A stretch of DNA of 64,000 nucleotides, taken from NCBI GenBank assembly GCA_964276515.1, contig OZ193910.1:6634001-6698000 (forward strand), in the 5' to 3' direction. The notes beneath the pieces were generated by a model. It was not told where the DNA came from. It worked only from the letters and a program-made list of their open reading frames with translations, and ran no database searches. Positions 56,501-64,000 of this stretch are shown piece by piece; the stretch's first letter is position 1; the number at the start of each line of letters is the position of its first letter. Made by a program: the position numbers and the translations under genes. Origin of the DNA: Gordius albopunctatus (taxonomy: Eukaryota).

Positions 56501-59500
56501 ATTAATTTTTAATTCTACGCGCCATTTTAAGGGAGATTTAGGGATTTTAGAGTATTTTGCGTCGGGCAGAATGCTAGGTGTCCGCCCTCAACGGAATTGG
56601 CGTAGTGGCGTCTGAAAGGGAGTAAGTAAACCGAGAACGCGATAATGAAACTGTTTCGAGCTGTATAATTACTACCAACAATCAAAAAGTTAAATATTCC
56701 ACGTATTGCGTCACGGATTACGACAAAATACACACATTTCGATGCTCTCGCGTAAATTTTAAGTGATAAAATATGGGTGGGAAATAATAAAGTAAGAATC
56801 TTGCCTGATTTATAAGCACAATTTTCGCTTTAAATCTACGGTTACGACCATATCACGTTGAAAAAACCGGTTCCCTTCCGAACACCGAAGTTAAGCAACG
56901 TTGAGCCCGGTTAGTACTTGGATGGATGACCGCTTGGGAATCCCGGGTGTTGTAACCTTTTTAAATATTTTTTTGAATCCAGTTACGATCAAGGGCGATC
57001 CTTAGCACATAGGGGACGCCGTAGGAATACATTTGTGAATTAATTTTTAATTCTACGCGCCATTTTAAGGGAGATTTAGGGATTTTAGAGTATTTTGCGT
57101 CGGGCAGAATGCTAGGTGTCCGCCCTCAACGGAATTGGCGTAGTGGCGTCTGAAAGGGAGTAAGTAAACCGAGAACGCGATAATGAAACTGTTTCGAGCT
57201 GTATAATTACTACCAACAATCAAAAAGTTAAATATTCCACGTATTGCGTCACGGATTACGACAAAATACACACATTTCGATGCTCTCGCGTAAATTTTAA
57301 GTGATAAAATATGGGTGGGAAATAATAAAGTAAGAATCTTGCCTGATTTATAAGCACAATTTTCGCTTTAAATCTACGGTTACGACCATATCACGTTGAA
57401 AAAACCGGTTCCCTTCCGAACACCGAAGTTAAGCAACGTTGAGCCCGGTTAGTACTTGGATGGGTGACCGCTTGGGAATCCCGGGTGTTGTAACCTTTTT
57501 AAATATTTTTTTGAATCCAGTTACGATCAAGTGCGATCCTTAGCACATAGGGGACGCCGTAGGAATACATTTGTGAATTAATTTTTAATTCTAGGCGCCA
57601 TTTTATAGGAGATTTAGGGATTTTAGAGTATTTTGCGTCGGGCAGAATGCTAGGTGTCCGTCCTCAACGGAATTGGCGTATAGCGTCTGAAAGGGAGTAA
57701 GTAAACCGAAAACGCGATAATGAAACTGTTTCGAGCTGTATCATTACTACCAACAATCAAAAAGTTAAATATTCCACGTAATGCGTCATCGATTACGACA
57801 AAATACACACATTTCGATGCTCTCGCGTAAATTTTAAGTGATAAAATATGGGTGGGAAATAAAAAAGTAAGAATCTTGCCTGATTTATAATCACAATTTT
57901 CGCTTTAAATCTACGGTTACGACCATATCACGTTGAAAAAACCGGTTCCCTTCCGAACACCGAAGTTAAGCAACGTTGAGCCCGGTTAGTACTTGGATGG
58001 GTGACCGCTTGGGAATCCCGGGTGTTGTAACCTTTTTAAATATTTTTTTGAATCCAGTTACGATCAAGTGCGATCCTTAGCACATAGGGGACGCCGTAGG
58101 AATACATTTGTGAATTAATTTTTAATTCTAGGCGCCATTTTATAGGAGATTTAGGGATTTTAGAGTATTTTGCGTCGGGCAGAATGCTAGGTGTCCGTCC
58201 TCAACGGAATTGGCGTATAGCGTCTGAAAGGGAGTAAGTAAACCGAAAACGCGATAATGAAACTGTTTCGAGCTGTATCATTACTACCAACAATCAAAAA
58301 GTTAAATATTCCACGTAATGCGTCATCGATTACGACAAAATACACACATTTCGATGCTCTCGCGTAAATTTTAAGTGATAAAATATGGGTGGGAAATAAA
58401 AAAGTAAGAATCTTGCCTGATTTATAATCACAATTTTCGCTTTAAATCTACGGTTACGACCATATCACGTTGAAAAAACCGGTTCCCTTCCGAACACCGA
58501 AGTTAAGCAACGTTGAGCCCGGTTAGTACTTGGATGGGTGACCGCTTGGGAATCCCGGGTGTTGTAACCTTTTTAAATATTTTTTTGAATCCAGTTACGA
58601 TCAAGTGCGATCCTTAGCACATAGGGGACGCCGTAGGAATACATTTGTGAATTAATTTTTAATTCTAGGCGCCATTTTATAGGAGATTTAGGGATTTTAG
58701 AGTATTTTGCGTCGGGCAGAATGCTAGGTGTCCGTCCTCAACGGAATTGGCGTATAGCGTCTGAAAGGGAGTAAGTAAACCGAAAACGCGATAATGAAAC
58801 TGTTTCGAGCTGTATCATTACTACCAACAATCAAAAAGTTAAATATTCCACGTAATGCGTCATCGATTACGACAAAATACACACATTTCGATGCTCTCGC
58901 GTAAATTTTAAGTGATAAAATATGGGTGGGAAATAATAAAGTAAGAATCTTGCCTGATTTATAAGCACAATTTTCGCTTTAAATCTACGGTTACGACCAT
59001 ATCACGTTGAAAAAACCGGTTCCCTTCCGAACACCGAAGTTAAGCAACGTTGAGCCCGGTTAGTACTTGGATGGGTGACCGCTTGGGAATCCCGGGTGTT
59101 ATAACCTTTTTAAATATTTTTTTGAATCCAGTTACGATCAGGGGCGATCCTTAGCACATAGGGGACGCCGTAGGAATACATTTGTGAATTAATTTTTAAT
59201 TCTAGGCGCCATTTTATAGGAGATTTAGGGATTTTAGAGTATTTTGCGTCGGGCAGAATGCTAGGTGTCCGTCCTCAACGGAATTGGCGTATAGCGTCTG
59301 AAAGGGAGTAAGTAAACCGAAAACGCGATAATGAAACTGTTTCGAGCTGTATCATTACTACCAACAATCAAAAAGTTAAATATTCCACGTAATGCGTCAT
59401 CGATTACGACAAAATACACACATTTCGAAGCTCTCGCGTAAATTTTAAGTGATAAAATATGGGTGGGAAATAAAGAAGTAAGAATCGTGCCTGATTTATA

Positions 59501-61665
59501 AGCACAATTTTCGCTTTAAATCTACGGTTACGACCATATCACGTTGAAAAAACCGCTTCCCTTCCGAACACCGAAGTTAAGCAACGTTGAGCCCGGTTAG
59601 TACTTGGATGGGTGACCGCTTGGGAATCCCGGGTGTTGTAACCTTTTTAAATATTTTTTTGAATCCAGTTACGATCAAGGGCGATCCTTAGCACATAGGG
59701 GACGCCGTAGGAATACATTTGTGAATTAATTTTTAATTCTACGCGCCATTTTAAGGGAGATTTAGGGATTTTAGAGTATTTTGCGTCGGGCAGAATGCTA
59801 GGTGTCCGCCCTCAACGGAATTGGCGTAGTGGCGTCTGAAAGGGAGTAAGTAAACCGAGAACGCGATAATGAAACTGTTTCGAGCTGTATAATTACTACC
59901 AACAATCAAAAAGTTAAATATTCCACGTATTGCGTCACGGATTACGACAAAATACACACATTTCGATGCTCTCGCGTAAATTTTAAGTGATAAAATATGG
60001 GTGGGAAATAATAAAGTAAGAATCTTGCCTGATTTATAAGCACAATTTTCGCTTTAAATCTACGGTTACGACCATATCACGTTGAAAAAACCGGTTCCCT
60101 TCCGAACACCGAAGTTAAGCAACGTTGAGCCCGGTTAGTACTTGGATGGGTGACCGCTTGGGAATCCCGGGTGTTGTAACCTTTTTAAATATTTTTTTGA
60201 ATCCAGTTACGATCAAGTGCGATCCTTAGCACATAGGGGACGCCGTAGGAATACATTTGTGAATTAATTTTTAATTCTAGGCGCCATTTTATAGGAGATT
60301 TAGGGATTTTAGAGTATTTTGCGTCGGGCAGAATGCTAGGTGTCCGTCCTAAACGGAATTGGCGTATAGCGTCTGAAAGGGAGTAAGTAAACCGAAAACG
60401 CGATAATGAAACTGTTTCGAGCTGTATCATTACTACCAACAATCAAAAAGTTAAATATTCCACGTAATGCGTCATCGATTACGACAAAATACACACATTT
60501 CGAAGCTCTCGCGTAAATTTTAAGTGATAAAATATGGGTGGGAAATAATAAAGTAAGAATCTTGCCTGATTTATAAGCACAATTTTCGCTTTAAATCTAC
60601 GGTTACGACCATATCACGTTGAAAAAACCGGTTCCCTTCCGAACACCGAAGTTAAGCAACGTTGAGCCCGGTTAGTACTTGGATGGGTGACCGCTTGGGA
60701 ATCCCGGGTGTTGTAGCCTTTTTAAATATTTTTTTGAATCCAGTTACGATCAAGGGCGATCCTTAGCACATAGGGGACGCCGTAGGAATACATTTGTGAA
60801 TTAATTTTTAATTCTAGGCGCCATTTTATAGGAGATTTAGGGATTTTAGAGTATTTTGCGTCGGGCAGAATGCTAGGTGTCCGTCCTCAACGGAATTGGC
60901 GTATAGCGTCTGAAAGGGAGTAAGTAAACCGAAAACGCGATAATGAAACTGTTTCGAGCTGTATCATTACTACCAACAATCAAAAAGTTAAATATTCCAC
61001 GTAATGCGTCATCGATTACGACAAAATACACACATTTCGATGCTCTCGCGTAAATTTTAAGTGATAAAATATGGGTGGGAAATAATAAAGTAAGAATCTT
61101 GCCTGATTTATAAGCACAATTTTCGCTTTAAATCTACGGTTACGACCATATCACGTTGAAAAAACCGGTTCCCTTCCGAACACCGAAGTTAAGCAACGTT
61201 GAGCCCGGTTAGTACTTGGATGGGTGACCGCTTGGGAATCCCGGGTTTTGTAACCTTTTTAAATATTTTTTTGTATCCAGTTACGATCAGGGGCGATCCT
61301 TAGCACATAGGGGACGCCGTAGGAATACATTTGTGAATTAATTTTTAATTCTACGCGCCATTTTAAGGGAGATTTAGGGATTTTAGAGTATTTTGCGTCG
61401 GGCAGAATGCTAGGTGTCCGCCCTCAACGGAATTGGCGTAGTGGCGTCTGAAAGGGAGTAAGTAAACCGAGAACGCGATAATGAAACTGTTTCGAGCTGT
61501 ATAATTACTACCAACAATCAAAAAGTTTAATATTTCACGTATTGCGTCACCGATTACGACAAAATACACACATTTCGATGCTCTCCCGTCAATTTTAAAT
61601 GGGTGGGAAATAAAAAAGTAAAATTCTTGCCTGATTTATAAGCACAATTTTCGCTTTAAATCTAC

Positions 61666-61771
61666 GGTTACGACCATATCACGTTGAAAACACCGCTTCC
61701 CTTCCGAACACCGAAGTGAGCCCGGTTAGTACTTGGATGGGTGACCGCTTGGGAATCCAGGGTGTTGTAAC
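61666..61771 (+). pseudogene. Terminal 5S pseudogene: 11-nt Box A deletion, substitutions, no terminator
   Basis: CCGAAGTGAGCCC versus consensus CCGAAGTTAAGCAACGTTGAGCCC; CCGCTTCC; ATCCAGGG; ends GTTGTAAC directly against transposon sequence. Confidence 0.92.
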
Positions 61772-61783
61772 TAGAGCCCTGCA
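61772..61783. repeat. Putative hAT terminal inverted repeat TAGAGCCCTGCA
   Basis: Starts exactly where 5S homology stops; YAGNG start is typical of hAT ends; partner TIR not seen in the window. Confidence 0.7.
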
Positions 61784-61801
61784 AAATTGAATTTTATCGC
61801 A

Positions 61802-61910
61802 CCGAGCCCGACCCGAGCCTGAAACATTTTTTTATTTTTTGCCCGAGCCCGACCCGAGCCCGAATTGTTTTTTTTCAGTCAGGCCCGACCCGAGCACGAG
61901 CCCGCCCCGA
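61802..61910 (+). repeat. hAT subterminal repeats (CCGAGCCCGACCCGAGCC x2 plus degenerate copies)
   Basis: 18-mer at 61802-61819 and 61843-61860; GCCCGACCCGAGC at 61883-61895; copies separated by T-rich tracts. Confidence 0.85.
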
Positions 61911-62001
61911 CTTTTGTAAAAATCTAAATTTGTACCTATTTTATTTTAAAAATTTATTTATAAATATATTACGTATCGCGAATATTATGTGATTTAAAAT
62001 A

Positions 62002-62815
62002 TTAATAATTATGGTAAATAAATAAAGTGGAGTCTAATTTATCGCGTTTTAACGAAGTCCTTCTCTCTTCGTAACCTCGCCCAGCTGTAGAAAAGGCTCG
62101 CTCACTGCTAGCTGATGTAGCAGGTATTGTCAAATAATTTCTAGCCAAATTGCTCAAACAAGGAAATTCACTCTGATGCATCTTCCACCATTCCAAAACT
62201 TCCATACCATCAATATAATTCGTATTTAAATATTTATGTAATTCATCTTCCTCAGCTTCGTTATCTATTCTGGGCTCTTCCCAACTACTAAAATCTAAAA
62301 ATTCTTCCTCCATTATATTATCTAGAAAAATAATAAGTGCTTAATGCAAATTAAAAAATTACCATGCTCGACGGCTATACTAGGCGTAACTGTATTAACC
62401 GGAGGATTAGCCTTAATCCTTTCCTCCATAATTATTAAATTTCGTATATGATGACAAATGTCATCAAATTCATACCGAGGCAGCATTATTAAATTTCGAT
62501 ACTTTGGATTTAATAATGCGGATAATTTATGAATAATATCAAGTTCATTGAATTTAAAAACGAAAGGGCCTTTTTGCCCAAAGTGTTAAACTCTTCGCTA
62601 AAAAAGGGTTTTTTCAAACATTCGATTAGTCTGTAATAGCATAAGAGTACCATGTTAATTGTCGGCTTTGCATCAGCCTCCAATTCATCACTAGCGGTTT
62701 TAAATGGCTTCTGAAATTTTATTAGGCTTTTAACTATTTCTATATCGATATTCTCTATAATTGCCGAATCACCCCGTGATTGCAAAACAGCCGATATATT
62801 ATTATATTGGTTGTA
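62002..62815 (-). pseudogene. hAT transposase C-terminal half (frameshifted, 5'-truncated)
   Basis: 62002-62313 encodes the hAT C-terminal dimerisation region (WWK..SEFPCLSNLARNYLTIPATSASSERAFSTAG). 62510-62815 has PFKTASDELEADAKPT. A second frame at ~62555-62363 has HKLSALLNPKYR (A..LDPR-like motif). Joining them needs a frameshift near 62550 and a GT-AG intron at 62362-62322. - strand AATAAA at 61940-61945 and 61953-61958. Confidence 0.9.
62322..62362 (-). other. 41-nt GT-AG intron in the transposase
   Basis: CATG|GTAATTTTTTAATTTGCATTAAGCACTTATTATTTTTCTAG|ATAATATAATG. Removal joins ...AVEH-D-NIMEEEF in frame. Confidence 0.75.
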
Positions 62816-62923
62816 TTAGGGTTTAAAAACACGCAACGCGTCTAAATCAAAAACTTAAAATCAAACAAATAAATATATGGGGGGTAGTAAAATTCTAAAT
62901 ATTTATTTGTAGGGGGATTATTG

Positions 62924-63002
62924 TCGGGCTGTCCCATCAGGCCCGATCCAAGCCCGAGGCCCGATCAATGTTTTAAAATTTGCACGAGCCCGGAGGCGGG
63001 CC
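62924..63002. repeat. Second cluster of GCCCGA subterminal-type repeats (probable other end of the hAT)
   Basis: TCAGGCCCGA (62937-62946 = 61879-61888) and GCACGAGCCCG (62982-62992 = 61894-61904) are shared with the first cluster. Confidence 0.65.
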
Positions 63003-63390
63003 ATGTGTACCTTTCTTATTTTTTACATTTGTGCGACCTCAATGCTCTTTCCCGTCTACGTTCCCACATTCCAGCACGTTATTCGCATTTTTTCCGCAAC
63101 TAATTTCCTTAACCACCTTTGTTGCGAGTTGGGCAGTAACCCTAGTGTATTTCTCACATTGCACGTGCAGGGTATGCACTGCGCGTTGTTTGTGGAGGAC
63201 GCCCTAGCATTCTCTCGTAAAATCTTGTTTGGAACTATCATGATTTTGGAGTTGGTTAGCCAGTTTCCGACCTGACGCCAACCCTCCACTTCTTGCACAC
63301 AGACTTGGGACCGTCGTAGCTAGTGTTCTAGTTTGTCTACCTATTGATTATCACTAACAAACAACAAACTTTTTGATGGTAGCTTAAATT

Positions 63391-64000
63391 GGGGGGGGGT
63401 GGCTATTGAGTGAAATTTTGCTAGCACGCCTGGTAACAAGTCAATGGTTTACCATTATTTAGATTTGGTGGGATTAAAATGGATGGCACTGAGTTTCTTT
63501 GGATCAAAAAAAATTCCATGCTCATAGCATGTCTTAGCCCCCATAAGATTCATTTAAATAAAAATTTCTTCCTCTGGCACATCAAAATCATTATTTTACA
63601 TTTGTGGTGTTGCGTCCTATACCTCGCGGAGGTGTTGCGTCAATTAACTTAATTGTCTCATTTACATTACCTTACTACTTCACGACGTTTAATTGACCAA
63701 TCAAGCATACACCACTAAACTTGATTGATTTATTCAATTAATTCACGAGTATATAAAAGGAGTTTAAAACTCTTTTTACTCACTTTCTTTGCTTCCAACG
63801 ATTTAATTTATATTATACAATAAAGTAATTATACTTTATCCTAATTAATAAACTAGCCCGAAATTGGTGACCCCGCTCGGGGGAGCCCATTTTTTTTAAA
63901 CTCCCCCTGAATGCGCCTTTAAACAACAACAACGTCTGCCGAACGCCCAACCAATGTTTTGCGCATGGCCCATCACAAAAACTATAACACCACATGGCCT
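63391..64000 (+). mobile_element. Probable LTR-retrotransposon LTR + primer-binding site + start of internal region
   Basis: G9 tract at 63391-63399, TATATAAAA at 63750-63758, AATAAA at 63819 and 63847, then TGGTGACCCCG at 63865-63875. No gag/pol is visible and the LTR boundaries are uncertain. Confidence 0.55.
63865..63875 (+). promoter_or_regulatory. tRNA-Trp primer-binding site (11 nt)
   Basis: TGGTGACCCCG equals the first 11 nt of the classical tRNA-Trp PBS TGGTGACCCCGACGTGAT. Confidence 0.6.

Larger units (their letters stand above)
1..61771 (+). repeat. Tandem 5S rDNA array, ~537-bp unit, 114 near-complete + 2 partial 5S copies
   Basis: Unit = GGTTACGACCATATCACGTTGAAAACACCGGTTCCCTTCCGAACACCGAAGTTAAGCAACGTTGAGCCCGGTTAGTACTTGGATGGGTGACCGCTTGGGAATCCCGGGTGTTGTAACC(T) + spacer. 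Hand-indexed gene starts: 465,1002,1537,2075,2611,3146,3684,4221,4756,5294,5829,6367,6905,7443 | gap | 8473,9011,9548,10085,10622,11160,11697,12234,12771,13309,13846,14383,14920,15457,15994,16532,17068,17605,18142,18679,19216,19753,20290,20828,21365,21902,22439,22977,23514,24052,24589,25126,25664,26201,26738,27275,27812,28349,28885,29422,29958,30494,31030,31568,32104,32641,33178,33716,34254,34792,35330,35868,36406,36944,37482,38020,38558,39096,39634,40171,40709,41247,41785,42323,42861,43399,43937,44475,45012,45551,46089,46627,47164,47702,48240,48777,49315,49853,50391,50928,51465,52002,52539,53076,53613,54151,54689,55227,55764,56302,56840,57378,57915,58452,58989,59526,60064,60601,61138,61666. 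Confidence 0.99.
61772..63002 (-). mobile_element. Defective (internally deleted) hAT-superfamily DNA transposon, hobo/Hermes-like
   Basis: Begins TAGAGCCCTGCA (compare hobo CAGAGAACTGCA). GCCCGA/CCCGAG repeat clusters at 61802-61910 and 62924-63002 flank a - strand transposase remnant. The far TIR was not found, so the high-coordinate boundary is approximate. Confidence 0.88.

Noticed and set aside
60185..60442. 85-aa - strand ORF unique to one unit
   Set aside because: Created by private point changes removing stops in a spacer frame; no coding evidence.
140..61569. Dozens of 62-72 aa - strand ORFs (MYFVVI...KSLNL)
   Set aside because: They are translations of the 5S spacer that start at GTG/TTG, toggle on and off with a 1-nt indel (GTATAGCG versus GTAGTGGCG), and resemble no protein I recognise.
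1..61771. CRISPR-like or novel repeat-spacer system
   Set aside because: Spacers are near-identical between units, the repeat is a eukaryotic 5S gene, and there are no cas-like genes.
63166..63172. TGCAGGG as the hAT's second TIR
   Set aside because: It matches only the inner 7 nt, lacks the terminal CTCTA, and is not followed by the GTTGTAAC TSD.
62921..63298. Four overlapping short ORFs on both strands
   Set aside because: No recognisable domain; they overlap transposon repeat sequence and look like chance frames.
63813..63995. 60-aa - strand ORF
   Set aside because: Antisense to the LTR/PBS-like segment, with no recognisable homology.

Overview
Eukaryotic (invertebrate-animal-like), AT-rich sequence. 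Bases 1-61771 are a head-to-tail 5S rDNA array on the + strand: 114 near-full-length 5S copies plus 2 partial ones, unit length about 535-538 bp (about 119-nt gene plus about 419-bp spacer), broken by a 200-N assembly gap. The array is divided into blocks carrying local variants and 3-, 4-, 6- and 22-unit higher-order duplications, and it includes several probably non-functional 5S variants. It ends in a degenerate 5S copy (11-nt Box A deletion) cut at its 3' end, after GTTGTAAC (a hAT-type GTnnnnAC target), by a defective hobo/Hermes-like hAT transposon. That element has the end sequence TAGAGCCCTGCA, GCCCGA subterminal repeats and a - strand transposase remnant with a frameshift and a 41-nt intron. 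The last ~600 bp resemble an LTR followed by a tRNA-Trp primer-binding site. The repeated ~68-aa ORFs are spacer artefacts. I found no clearly novel biological system. The best leads are the hAT insertion at the conserved 5S 3' end, the unusual loop-C sequence, regional sweeps of 5S variants, and possible structure or an SL-like motif in the spacer.
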